From: Candidatus Altiarchaeota archaeon
GTDB lineage: Archaea > Altiarchaeota > Altiarchaeia > IMC4 > SCGC-AAA252-I15
Direction: 5' to 3'
DNA: 31,857 nt
Assembly (NCBI GenBank): GCA_043800705.1
Contig: JAZDMS010000016.1
Coordinates: 1 to 31,857 of the forward strand
Under the pieces are notes generated by a model that worked only from the letters and a program-made list of their open reading frames with translations, was not told the DNA's origin and made no database searches. Both the position numbers and the translations under genes were made by a program. Positions 1 through 9,538 of this stretch are shown one piece after another. Positions within the stretch are counted from its first letter, which is position 1. Each line of letters opens with the position of its first letter.

Positions 1-56
1 CTGGCCACATCCTTTGATTCATGAAATAACCGCAGGACCAGCATTACTTTGTACAT
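1..56 (-). CDS. 5' fragment of a gene running off the window edge (MYKVMLVLRLFHESKDVA...)
   Basis: Minus-strand ATG at 56 preceded by AGGTG (archaeal SD-like) and TTTATAAT at 93-100; frame open to the edge. Confidence 0.45.
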   Translation of the reverse strand, partial: MYKVMLVLRLFHESKDVA

Positions 57-491
57 CGTGCACCTATGGTGAAGTGGCCCCAGTCTTAAGAGATTATAAA
101 GGTACTTTCCACGCAGGCATATGCATCCCAGAAAAGGAGGAGGGGGCATTGTTGATGATAATTTATTAGGTTTTCGCTCCATCTTCTCTAAGATAACCTT
201 TACTTTGCCCTTTTTCCTGGTCGTCCTGTGGTAACAGCATTAGCCCCGCATGTAACGTCGTATTTTGCCAGGTAACGTAAAACCAAAACCCTGAGGTTGG
301 TATTATGTGCACCAAGGCCATGGGGTTGCTTTCCGGGCAAGGCTCTGAATTCGACCGGCCCCGGCATCCCTTGCGGATGCGTGAGGGTAATATGCTTATG
401 CGCCTGCCTGCGAATGCGAGCAGAGGCGTCCGCAGCCGACGTACACACAATGCCAGGGTTTATATTCCCATCCGTAAAATTAGTCTTTGAG

Positions 492-839
492 ATGACCGCT
501 ATCTCACCCATCACGATAGCCTTGCCGTTATTCCTTGGAATATTCATCCTCACGGTCGCGGTGATCTCTAACCGCAAAGGCGAGAAAGCCTTTGGGATAG
601 ACCAAAGGACGATGTGGGACTTCGGAGCCTTCCTCGCGCTCGTGGGATACATTTCCGGAGTTTACATAGTACTTGCCGTGCCGGGGTCTGCCATCGCGGT
701 GTTCGGGCTGGCGGGCAAAAAAAACTGGCCGCAGACTGCGGAATTCAGGAAGGCGACGCTGGGATACCTTGTCGGAGTCTTTCTGATCCTGGTTGGATTG
801 GCCCTGTACGGGGGTTTCACATTCTCAATGGGAAGGTAG
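492..839 (+). CDS. small hypothetical membrane protein (~3 TM helices)
   Basis: Hydrophobic 3' part of ORF 297..839; ATG 492 chosen because TTTATATT lies ~25-30 nt upstream. Confidence 0.6.
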   Translation: MTAISPITIALPLFLGIFILTVAVISNRKGEKAFGIDQRTMWDFGAFLALVGYISGVYIVLAVPGSAIAVFGLAGKKNWPQTAEFRKATLGYLVGVFLILVGLALYGGFTFSMGR

Positions 840-912
840 GGTCTTCGTTCGAGCTGCCAATGATCTCCTTCCCATTCACCCTGATATTTACCTCAGATGC
901 GTAATGTGTATC

Positions 913-2670
913 ATGGATTCGAAGCCACCTGCAGACCCCGAATACGGCTACCTCGAGTTGGTCCGGGACATATCCGCCCACGTCGGAAAGTACAGGGCCG
1001 GCTTCGCGTTCGCCATTTTACTGAACATTATCGGGTCCGCTGCCGGCCTCTATCCCGCCTATGCGCTGGGCAGGATGACGACGTTCTTCACAGGATACGT
1101 GACAGGCCAGCCTTTGGATTATCTCGTCCTGCTCCTGGTCCTTTGGCTGGTGACTAGCCTTGTGAGGGCGGTCTTCGGCAGGTTGAGCAGCCTCGTCGGA
1201 AACAGGGTGGCGGAGTCGGTGGGGTTGGACGTCAAGATGACGGGCCTGCGGCACCTTTTCACACTCGATCTGAGCTGGCATGAGAAGGACTATGCAGGCA
1301 GCAAGATGCAGCGGGTCATGGAGGGGGCCGGCGGGATGGTGAACGTCATCAAGCTGTTTTTCTCTGAACTCATCGGGGCGTTCATCAGCATAGTCGGCGC
1401 CGCGGCGGTGATGTACTCGCTGAAGGCGGAGCTGAGCATCGGGCTTCTAGCGTTCGCTGCAAGCTATTATCTTCTGTCATTCTTCCTTCGCAGGAGGCAG
1501 AGCCTGCAGCTGAGGGTCGTTCAGAAGGCGAGGGAGAAGGCGGGCGGCGTCAATTTCGAGTCGATAGCCAACATCAGCCTCATCAAGGTGATGGACCTGA
1601 GCAGACCCATCATCGACAGGGTCGGGGGCGTGAACACGTCGCTGAGGGATGAGGTCCTGAAGCTGCAGAGGGACTTCAGGGTGAGGGAGCTCGTCACCGC
1701 CGTATATGCTGTGGTCTTGAAGTTCCTGATCCTGCTTTACATAAGCTACGGCATATACGAGGGCAGGCTGGAGATCGGCGTGTTCGTGATGTTCTACGTC
1801 TACTTCGACAACGTCCTCAACGCCACGGCCGGGATGTCGAGGGTCGCGGACCAGCTCATCGAGGAGAGGGTCGATGTTGCGGTGCTGATGGAGATGATGG
1901 ATGAGAAGCCCACCGTTGACGTCTCCGGGAAGAAGCCGATGCCGCCGGATTGGAGGCAGATAACGGTCAGGGACCTGTCGTTCAATTATCCTGGGAGGTC
2001 ATCGACCTTGAGATCCGCCAGTTTCACCCTTAGGCGTGGCGAGAAGGTCGGCGTCGTGGGGCCTACCGGGGCTGGCAAGACGACGCTGTTCAAGCTGATG
2101 CTCAAGATCGACGAGGATTATACGGGGGATATATTGATCGACGACACGCCCCTGAGGGAGATCGACAGGCATTCGTACATAGGGAACATCGCAGTCGTTC
2201 CTCAGGAGACGGAGGTCTTCAACGCCACCCTGAGGGAGAACGTCGAGATAACCGGGGGATGCGTCAACGACCTCGGGAAGGCTCTGGAGATGGCGAACCT
2301 CCAGGAGCTGGTCGACAGGCTTCCATCCGGGGCTGAAACTATCATAGGCGAGCGGGGCGTGAGGCTGTCCGGGGGCGAGAAACAGAGGCTGAGCATCGCG
2401 CGGGCGTTCTACAAATGCCCGCAGATACTGTTCCTCGACGAGCCGACGTCTCAGCTTGACGCGAACAGCGAGGAGAAAATACAGGAGTCCCTCAGGAAGG
2501 TCTTCAAGGACGTCACCGCAGTCGTCATAGCCCACCGCATCTCGACGATACAGGAGATGGACAAGATAATCGTCCTGAAGGAGGGCGAGATCGTCGAGGT
2601 TGGGACATACAAGGAACTCATCGCCAGAAGCGGCCTGTTCAGGGAACTTTGGGAGAAGCAGAGATTGTGA
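913..2670 (+). CDS. ABC exporter, fused permease + ATPase (ABCB/MsbA-like)
   Basis: N-terminal TM domain; Walker A GPTGAGKTT, signature LSGGEKQR, Walker B ILFLDE, H-loop IAHR; start inferred at MDSK. Confidence 0.93.
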   Translation: MDSKPPADPEYGYLELVRDISAHVGKYRAGFAFAILLNIIGSAAGLYPAYALGRMTTFFTGYVTGQPLDYLVLLLVLWLVTSLVRAVFGRLSSLVGNRVAESVGLDVKMTGLRHLFTLDLSWHEKDYAGSKMQRVMEGAGGMVNVIKLFFSELIGAFISIVGAAAVMYSLKAELSIGLLAFAASYYLLSFFLRRRQSLQLRVVQKAREKAGGVNFESIANISLIKVMDLSRPIIDRVGGVNTSLRDEVLKLQRDFRVRELVTAVYAVVLKFLILLYISYGIYEGRLEIGVFVMFYVYFDNVLNATAGMSRVADQLIEERVDVAVLMEMMDEKPTVDVSGKKPMPPDWRQITVRDLSFNYPGRSSTLRSASFTLRRGEKVGVVGPTGAGKTTLFKLMLKIDEDYTGDILIDDTPLREIDRHSYIGNIAVVPQETEVFNATLRENVEITGGCVNDLGKALEMANLQELVDRLPSGAETIIGERGVRLSGGEKQRLSIARAFYKCPQILFLDEPTSQLDANSEEKIQESLRKVFKDVTAVVIAHRISTIQEMDKIIVLKEGEIVEVGTYKELIARSGLFRELWEKQRL

Positions 2671-3346
2671 GGTAGAGATCGCGCATCTTCGCCGGTTCCA
2701 TCTCGGCGGGCTTCATCTGCGCATATTCAGGCGGCGCGTCCATGATGTTCCTGACCTTCTTGTTCTGCTGGCTGAAGAGTCGGTTCAGGAACGCGATGTA
2801 ATCCTTTCCGGGCTTCCAGGTCTGCCGCATCCTGATGGCCGCGCTCCTCACCTTGGGCACGGGTTCGAATGCATCGGGGGGGACGTCCTTCATGTATTCT
2901 ATTTCGCAGGACGTCTGCGCGAGCACGGACACCATGCGGTAGCTGTCCTGCCCGGGCTTTGCCATAAGCTTGCGGGCGAATTCCCGCTGTACTACGAGGA
3001 CCGCGACTTCGAAGCCTTCGACGACGAACCGCTCAAGGAGATCCCTGCTAATGCTGTAGGGTATGTTCGAGACTATCTTGTTGTAGCTTGGATACGGGGC
3101 CTTGAGCGCGTCCGCGCCCAGTACCGCCACGTTTGATTCGTCCTTGAACCTCTTTCTGAGGCCTGCGGCGAGGCTGCGGTCCTTTTCGAAGACCGTGACC
3201 TTCCCCTTTTTTGCGATCTTTTCCGTGAGGTTTCCGGTGCCGCCGCCGACCTCAAGGACGGCATCTTCGGCTTCGAGCCCGGCATAGTCTACGATCGCCT
3301 CAAGGAGCGCTTCGTCGACCATGTAGTGCTTGTCGGATTCGGCCAT
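2639..3346 (-). CDS. rsmA: 16S rRNA adenine dimethyltransferase (KsgA/Dim1)
   Basis: VLEVGGGTGNLT SAM motif, VSNIPYSIS, QREFARKL, F.PVPKVRSA. Confidence 0.92.
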   Translation of the reverse strand: MAESDKHYMVDEALLEAIVDYAGLEAEDAVLEVGGGTGNLTEKIAKKGKVTVFEKDRSLAAGLRKRFKDESNVAVLGADALKAPYPSYNKIVSNIPYSISRDLLERFVVEGFEVAVLVVQREFARKLMAKPGQDSYRMVSVLAQTSCEIEYMKDVPPDAFEPVPKVRSAAIRMRQTWKPGKDYIAFLNRLFSQQNKKVRNIMDAPPEYAQMKPAEMEPAKMRDLYLTISASPKVP

Positions 3347-3448
3347 CAGACGGATATATGTGTTTTGCCCTGATTAATACGCATTGTGGAGGTGCCCGGG
3401 CAGCATATATATCCCTTGTTTCTGATGCCTTAAGGAGGGATTGGTCGG

Positions 3449-4189
3449 ATGCCGTGGAGCCATAAGTATCTGGAGGTCGTCAGGTCGCTTGACCTCGACC
3501 TGGCGCAGGACAAGAAGGCGACTCTCCTGCTTGACAGGATGATCCAAGGCCGGGACGTCAAACCCCTCTTCGAGCTTGTCCGCGGAAGGCCTGTGATGGT
3601 GTTCGGTTGCGGACCGAGCCTCGAAAACGACCTCAACAAGGTGTTTGATGCCGGCATCCTCGGCAGGTTCGTCCTCTTAGCCGTGGACGGGGCGGTCAAG
3701 GCGCTTCTGCAGTATGGATCCGTACCGCACATAAACGTCACAGACCTGGATGGCGACATCCCGTCGATAATCCGCGCGAACGAGCTGGGATGCATTACGA
3801 TGGTCCACGCCCACTCCGCGAACATAAAAGCGCTTCTGGCGATCATGCCCCATCTGAAGGGCGTCGTATATGGCACGACACATTCCGATCCCACAGGGAA
3901 TGTGCACAACTTCGGCGGATTCACGGACGGCGACAGGGCTGTGCACATCGCCGCCCACTTCGAACCCGGATTCATCGTGCTGGCGGGAATGGATTTCGGC
4001 CACGTAATCGGGGTCTTTTCCGGGACATACGACCCAGTCAAGAAGCCGAGAGGCCTGAGGATAGGTAAGATGCTCCTTGAGGACTTCGCGGCCCACAGCA
4101 GGGTCAGGATGTTCAACCTGACTTCGGGGGGCGAAAACATACACCACGTGCCTCCGATCACGATAGACCGCCTAAAGCACATAGTATAG
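3449..4189 (+). CDS. mptE: 6-hydroxymethyl-7,8-dihydropterin diphosphokinase (archaeal MptE/DUF115)
   Basis: GCGPSL, AVDGA, VTDLDG, VHAH..N, NFGGFTDGDRA, LAGMDFG motifs. Confidence 0.85.
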   Translation: MPWSHKYLEVVRSLDLDLAQDKKATLLLDRMIQGRDVKPLFELVRGRPVMVFGCGPSLENDLNKVFDAGILGRFVLLAVDGAVKALLQYGSVPHINVTDLDGDIPSIIRANELGCITMVHAHSANIKALLAIMPHLKGVVYGTTHSDPTGNVHNFGGFTDGDRAVHIAAHFEPGFIVLAGMDFGHVIGVFSGTYDPVKKPRGLRIGKMLLEDFAAHSRVRMFNLTSGGENIHHVPPITIDRLKHIV

Positions 4190-4233
4190 GCTGTCTGAAG
4201 AGCATTTAATATCCCACGTACATAATTAACAAA

Positions 4234-4953
4234 ATGGTTGCAACAGACATCGTCGAAACCGGCGTGAACGGCCTAGATGAGATCCTGATGGGGGGCATAC
4301 CGCGAGGACATTGCGTCCTTCTGGCGGGCAGCTGCGGGACCGGGAAGACAGTCCTCTGCCAGCAGTTCCTTTTTACCGGCGCCAAGATCGGGGAAAACGG
4401 CATTTACATCTCCCTTGCCGAGCCTGCGGAGAAGATCAGGAAGAACCTCATCTCGTTCTCATTCTGCGACCAGAAGGCCCTGGACGAGGGAAAGGTCAAG
4501 ATCGTCGACATTACCCAGGACATCCGGCTAAAAGGCCAGGAGTTCGACAACATCGAGGGATTGGTCGAGATCATCCGCAACCTCATCGAGGAGTCCAACT
4601 CGAAGAGGGTCGTGATCGACTCCATCACCGCGCTGTGCGAGAACATCGGGGACAAGGCAAAGATCAGGGATTTCATCCTCGAAATGGGTTTCCAGCTCAT
4701 GTATTTAGGGTGCACCACCCTGATGATATCGGAGATACCGCCGCAGACGTTCAAGTATTCCATGTTCGGGGTGGAGGAATTCATAGCCGACGGCGTGATA
4801 CTGCTTACCGATTTCGAGCGGAAGGGCGACCTTATAAGGTCCCTGCAGGTCATCAAGATGAGGGGCGTAGCCCATTCGAGGAACAAGCAGGTAATGAAAA
4901 TACTGGATGAGGGAGTGAACCTATTGCCCATGTTCAAGGCGGGGGTAGAATGA
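4234..4953 (+). CDS. single-domain KaiC/RAD55-like ATPase
   Basis: TGVNGLDEILMGGIP, Walker A GSCGTGKT, RVVIDS, EEFIADGVI, RSLQVIKMRG. Confidence 0.92.
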   Translation: MVATDIVETGVNGLDEILMGGIPRGHCVLLAGSCGTGKTVLCQQFLFTGAKIGENGIYISLAEPAEKIRKNLISFSFCDQKALDEGKVKIVDITQDIRLKGQEFDNIEGLVEIIRNLIEESNSKRVVIDSITALCENIGDKAKIRDFILEMGFQLMYLGCTTLMISEIPPQTFKYSMFGVEEFIADGVILLTDFERKGDLIRSLQVIKMRGVAHSRNKQVMKILDEGVNLLPMFKAGVE

Positions 4954-6113
4954 CGGTCGAGGGCGCGGGCAAGGTGGGGGAGATGCTCGATTACCTGTCG
5001 ACTGGCGAGGAGATCATCGGAGAGCACAAGATCGGAGACTACGACATAGTCACGACCACCGAGAGGGTCATCTTCCAGAGGACGTTTCCCCGCCTGTTCG
5101 TGGAGGTCCATTACAGCGACATAAGCAACCTCGAACACCATACCACGATCCTTTGGAACGAGCTCATCAGCGGCGTGGTTTTCATCGCCGCCGGAGCGCT
5201 CCTTTACTTCAACAACCTGGGGGAGGAGCTGAACCAGCCCCTGAACGACATCGTCAGGAGATACGTCCCCGAGTTTTCGACGTTCGTCTCCGCCGGCGTC
5301 GTGATCCCGATTCTGACAGCCCTTGCCATCGCAATAGGGATAATCCACATAGTCAAGTTTCTGCCGTCCATCAGGGGGTATTTCAGGATATCAAGGAGGG
5401 ACAGGGCACCCGTCGTGATACCTTCGGGGATGACTCCCGAACTCAGGTCGCTTATACGGGAGATCGACGAGCTGATACGAAGGAAGAACGTCGAGGCCCC
5501 CCAGGCCGTTTCTGCTCCTGCGCCGATCGAGCCGGCCGCACCCACCCAGGACGACATAGGGAACATGCTGGCTGCCCAGCTTTCGGACTTTGCCGACAAC
5601 AAGGTGATCCTGATATCCGCCAAGAGCGAGAACCACACCAAGGTCGTCTCGAGCATGCTGGACGTGCTCGTTAACAAGCGGAAGATGGGAGGCGTCTACC
5701 TGAGCATCACCCGCCCCTACGAGTACATCCTCACGACCATCAAAGAGCGCGGGATACCGTCCGACGACATCTTCTTCATAGACTGCATCAGCCTGATGGC
5801 GGGCAAGGCCCAGCACCAGAAGATAGACAACGTAGTCTTCGTCGAGAATCCCAGCTCTCTCGAGGAGGTCAGCATGTACCTTGACAAGATGCTGTCGAAG
5901 GTGAAGTCCCCCGAGAAGTTCCTCTTCCTGGATTCGCTCTCCAGCCTGCTCATCTACAACACCGACAAGAGCGTCAGGGAGTTCACGCACTTCATAATCA
6001 ACAAGATAAGGCTCGAAAACATCGCCGGGATCATACTCAGCATCGATAAGAAGGAGGCCGAGGACCTGGTCAAGACGCTGACGCCCATGTGCGACATGGA
6101 ATTGAAGTTCTGA
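4950..6113 (+). CDS. membrane protein: PH-like N-terminal domain, 2 TM helices, C-terminal degenerate KaiC-like (DUF835-like) domain
   Basis: ATGA overlap with kaiC; TTERVIF..V.YSDI PH-like pattern; two hydrophobic helices; C-terminal FFIDCIS and FLFLDSLSSLL with no Walker A. Confidence 0.7.
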   Translation: MTVEGAGKVGEMLDYLSTGEEIIGEHKIGDYDIVTTTERVIFQRTFPRLFVEVHYSDISNLEHHTTILWNELISGVVFIAAGALLYFNNLGEELNQPLNDIVRRYVPEFSTFVSAGVVIPILTALAIAIGIIHIVKFLPSIRGYFRISRRDRAPVVIPSGMTPELRSLIREIDELIRRKNVEAPQAVSAPAPIEPAAPTQDDIGNMLAAQLSDFADNKVILISAKSENHTKVVSSMLDVLVNKRKMGGVYLSITRPYEYILTTIKERGIPSDDIFFIDCISLMAGKAQHQKIDNVVFVENPSSLEEVSMYLDKMLSKVKSPEKFLFLDSLSSLLIYNTDKSVREFTHFIINKIRLENIAGIILSIDKKEAEDLVKTLTPMCDMELKF

Positions 6114-6116
6114 AGC

Positions 6117-6890
6117 ATGAAAAGGGTGCTGGTGCTGCTGGTGGCCGCCGGTCTTGGCTGCCTCTGCGGCACACAGGATCAGGCCACGACGACTACGACG
6201 ATTATGGAGACCACGTCGACTACGTTGGAGACGACAACTTCATCGACGTCGACGACGCTTGAGGCCGCCCCGCCCACATCATCTACCCTTCCCGATCTGC
6301 CGGAGTGCCAAATGCTAGGCGCGACCTTCTGGAGGGCGCTCTGCTACGACGACGCGGCCTATTCCCTGGGGGAGCCGGGCTTATGCCGCACGGTGTTCTG
6401 CAAGGCAAAGTTTGGGGGCGCAGGCGTGTGCGGCAGCCTCGATCTTCAGACGAACGACTGGGTCGCCTATCAGCGGATTGCATGCGAAGGCTGGGCGAAT
6501 GGCTCGTTTTCCGACTGCAGGTTTTCCCTCAACAGGAACGGCTGCATCCGATGGTACGCCCTGATCGCGAACAACTTCACACTCTGCGACTCCGCGGAGG
6601 CGACGGTGAGGGACAACTGCGCATGGGAGTTCGCATACTGGAGGGGCAATGCATCCCACTGCGACAGGTACAACACGAACGCGAAGCTGTACGAATGCCG
6701 GTCGTATTTCTTCGACATGCTCTCTACAGACAGGAAGGACCCCGAGTTCTGCCGCGACATAATGATTCCGAAGCTTGCCGGAGACTGCAGGGAGACTGCG
6801 AACTGGACGGGGCCAGAGGAGAAGCACCCGCTCTTTGGGGCCTTCCGCCAGCTGACCGGATGGGACGACATCAAAACCGCAAAGCTATGA
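6117..6890 (+). CDS. Cys-rich secreted/lipoprotein-like surface protein with Thr-rich linker
   Basis: Signal peptide ending GLGCLCG, T/S-rich stretch, repeated C...(R)..C....A....C units. Confidence 0.75.
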   Translation: MKRVLVLLVAAGLGCLCGTQDQATTTTTIMETTSTTLETTTSSTSTTLEAAPPTSSTLPDLPECQMLGATFWRALCYDDAAYSLGEPGLCRTVFCKAKFGGAGVCGSLDLQTNDWVAYQRIACEGWANGSFSDCRFSLNRNGCIRWYALIANNFTLCDSAEATVRDNCAWEFAYWRGNASHCDRYNTNAKLYECRSYFFDMLSTDRKDPEFCRDIMIPKLAGDCRETANWTGPEEKHPLFGAFRQLTGWDDIKTAKL

Positions 6891-7276
6891 TGGACATGAA
6901 GGTGACGTTTCCGGGGGGGATGAGGGTCGACGTCGAATACAAGGGATATACCATCGCCACAGACCAGCCGAAACCCGCCGGAGACGGCTCCGCACCGAGC
7001 CCGTTCGACCTGTTCCTGGCCTCCATATGCTCCTGCGCAGGCTTCTATGCCCTCAACTTCTGCAAGGCGAGGAAGATATCCACCGAAGGGATGGCCCTGT
7101 CCGCGGACTTCGACTACGACGGCCTAGAGAAGAGGATAGCCAGAATTAGCATCGAGCTGAAGCTGCCGGGAGGTTTCCCGAAGGAGTACAGGGACGCCAT
7201 AGTGAGGGCGATGGAGTCGTGCACCGTGAAGAAGGTAATGCAAAGCCCGCCGGAATTCGAAGTGTCTGCCAGGTAG
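6887..7276 (+). CDS. OsmC/Ohr family protein
   Basis: 3' part of ORF 6305..7276; TDQP..GG-like segment, PSPFDLFLASICSC, ESCTVKK; ATGA overlap with upstream stop. Confidence 0.88.
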   Translation: MMDMKVTFPGGMRVDVEYKGYTIATDQPKPAGDGSAPSPFDLFLASICSCAGFYALNFCKARKISTEGMALSADFDYDGLEKRIARISIELKLPGGFPKEYRDAIVRAMESCTVKKVMQSPPEFEVSAR

Positions 7277-7303
7277 TTATAATCCCCCGCACAATAACTA
7301 TTC

Positions 7304-8428
7304 ATGCGCATATTCATCCCCATGTGCGGCGAAGGCCTCGGACACACGAGCCGCTGCCTCGCCCTGGGCTCCGAGCTTGCTGGCGCCGGCCACGAGGTCC
7401 ACTTCGGCGCCTACGGATACTCCAAGACCCTCATCGAGAAGTCGGGCTACAAGGCCCACGAGATCCCGTCGGAGATAAAGCTCGTCGGCAAGGGCGGCTC
7501 CCTGAGCATGGGGAAATCCGTCGAGGCGACGCTGAAGAACGCCCAAATATTCGGAGGCCCGAAGATCCTAAAGCTGATTGAACAGGTCCGGCCGGACGTC
7601 GTCGTCTCGGACAGCTACTACCTCGGCATACTAGCGGCCAAGGCGAAGAAGAAGCCGGTCTATGCGATGGTCAATCAGACCGGGATGGAGGAGTTCTTCC
7701 AGGATAGGGGCGTCCCGATGAAGATCCTCGGAAGCCTGGCGAAGAGCTTCTACATGAGCGTTTTCGAGCACGTCGACGGAGTAATCATCCCCGACTATCC
7801 GCCGCCGTATACGATATGCAGGCGCAGCCTCAGGTTCACGGAGGAAATGGTCGATAAGATAGTCTACAGCGGCCCGCTCGTCAGAAAGCGGCGGTCCGCC
7901 GTCGAAGGCAGGGTTCTGAAGAAGCCGCACATACTCTCGATGGTCGGGGGCTTCGGCTACAGGGAGAACATCTTCAGAAGCATCCTCGAAGCTGCGGGGC
8001 TTGACGATTCCATCGGCTATACCCTCGTCTCAGGCCCCAACGTCGAGCGGGAAAAGTTCGGGAAACTCCCGGACAACGCCGAAATACTCCCCTTCATCGA
8101 AGACCCGTTCCCGCACATCAAGGGCTCAGACGCCCTGATCGCCCCCGGAGGCCACAGCACGATAATGGAGGCTTTGAGTTTCGGCAAGCCCGTACTTTCG
8201 ATACCCGACATGCTCCACAGCGAGCAGGAGAACAACGCCACTGTCCTGCAAGAGGAAGGAGTCGGCAAGAGGCTCAGCTACCACACGCCTCCCCGGGTCA
8301 TCCTCGAATGCGTGAGGGAGGTCTTCGATGACGAGTCCTACGCCAGGAGGACCGGCCGCCTGATGAGGCTGAGCGAGGGGCTCGACGGGCCAAGGAGGAT
8401 CAGGGAGCTGATAGAGGATGCAATCTAG
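7304..8428 (+). CDS. GT-B glycosyltransferase (MurG/MJ1255-like)
   Basis: CGEGLGHTSR, PDVVVSDS, GGHSTIMEALSFGKP, EQENNA. Confidence 0.88.
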   Translation: MRIFIPMCGEGLGHTSRCLALGSELAGAGHEVHFGAYGYSKTLIEKSGYKAHEIPSEIKLVGKGGSLSMGKSVEATLKNAQIFGGPKILKLIEQVRPDVVVSDSYYLGILAAKAKKKPVYAMVNQTGMEEFFQDRGVPMKILGSLAKSFYMSVFEHVDGVIIPDYPPPYTICRRSLRFTEEMVDKIVYSGPLVRKRRSAVEGRVLKKPHILSMVGGFGYRENIFRSILEAAGLDDSIGYTLVSGPNVEREKFGKLPDNAEILPFIEDPFPHIKGSDALIAPGGHSTIMEALSFGKPVLSIPDMLHSEQENNATVLQEEGVGKRLSYHTPPRVILECVREVFDDESYARRTGRLMRLSEGLDGPRRIRELIEDAI

Positions 8429-8993
8429 CATGTTCACGAGACGGGAGCTCACCTGGCTTGGTCTGCTGGGGCTTTTCGGCCTCGCAGCCTATTTTAGCGG
8501 ACTGGACTTTTATGTCGCCGAATCCCTGGCGGGCAGGGCGTCGCACGGCATCTCCTTGTTCTTCTCGTACCAATACTTCGTGATCTACATCCTGACGTCC
8601 CTGATCGTCCTGTCCATCAGGCACAGGAGGGCTGCAGCCGCGCTCTCATTGGCCATCGTCCTCCTGTTTGTGATGCATCTTGCCATCACCGGATTCGCAC
8701 CGAGGGCCAGGCCCATTCAGGCCCTGCCCGAAGGCGACCAGCTGATGAGGCTCATCAGGTGGTCTGGGGCTTCATCGAGCTTCTTTTCCGCGCATACCGC
8801 ATCCGTCGTCGCGGTCTGCGCCGTTTTCATCATCCTGGACTTCCATCCCATCGCCGCTGTAGCGCTTGGTGTGCCCATCATACTTTCGAGGATCACGCTC
8901 ATACAGCATTACCCGAGCGACATCCTGGGGGGAGTCATCTTCGGGTATGTTACGATGAAGGTCGCATACTGGGCGGTCCGTAAAAAAAGATAG
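8418..8993 (+). CDS. PAP2-family membrane phosphatase
   Basis: R.RP, SFFSAH, SRI....HYPSDILGG motifs; TM helices; start may be 8430. Confidence 0.85.
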   Translation: MQSSMFTRRELTWLGLLGLFGLAAYFSGLDFYVAESLAGRASHGISLFFSYQYFVIYILTSLIVLSIRHRRAAAALSLAIVLLFVMHLAITGFAPRARPIQALPEGDQLMRLIRWSGASSSFFSAHTASVVAVCAVFIILDFHPIAAVALGVPIILSRITLIQHYPSDILGGVIFGYVTMKVAYWAVRKKR

Positions 8994-9002
8994 GGAGTTA
9001 CC

Positions 9003-9536
9003 ATGAGGCTGTCCGTCTGTTTTTTGTTGGCTCTTGCCCTCGCAGGGTGCCTGGGCGCCGATAACGCCTCCAGGGCCTCATGCGCAGGAAGCCGATGCGA
9101 CGGCGTGCCAGACCGCGACAGCTGCCTCACGAAGCTTGCGGAAGACTGCCGCGAGCCCGGCTTCTGCGGCAGCATCGTGGAGAGGGAGGCCGAATACCGC
9201 TGCCGCCTGAGATTCGGGGAATACGACCAATTACTCTGCGCCGGCATCTCGAACGAGTCCGTGAGGAGGGAGTGCTACCTCAACGGGGCGGAGCTGACAG
9301 GGGACGCCAGGCTTTGCGGAAAGCTCGGGGATAAGCCGTCTGATGAGATGTGCCTAGCCAGCCTCGCGCGAAGGAGCGGTAACAGGACCCTCTGCGCCCC
9401 AATTAGGCACAAGGACCGCAGGGAGTTCTGTTTCGCGGTCGCGGACGGCGACGGGACGATATGCGGCAACCTCGTCGGAAGCGACCTGAGGATAATGTGC
9501 GTCGAATGGACGATGAAGAGGCTGCCGACGGTCTGA
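9003..9536 (+). CDS. Cys-rich lipoprotein-like surface protein
   Basis: Signal ending LAGCLG; ~25-aa repeats C..I......R..C...A......C. Confidence 0.75.
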   Translation: MRLSVCFLLALALAGCLGADNASRASCAGSRCDGVPDRDSCLTKLAEDCREPGFCGSIVEREAEYRCRLRFGEYDQLLCAGISNESVRRECYLNGAELTGDARLCGKLGDKPSDEMCLASLARRSGNRTLCAPIRHKDRREFCFAVADGDGTICGNLVGSDLRIMCVEWTMKRLPTV

Positions 9537-9538
9537 AT

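Noticed and set aside
4234-4953. Circadian clock KaiC
   Set aside because: Single domain, no S/T phosphosite pair, no kaiB/kaiA
6305-7276. 323-aa extended OsmC
   Set aside because: 5' part is an alternate frame of the upstream gene; the real start is at ~6887
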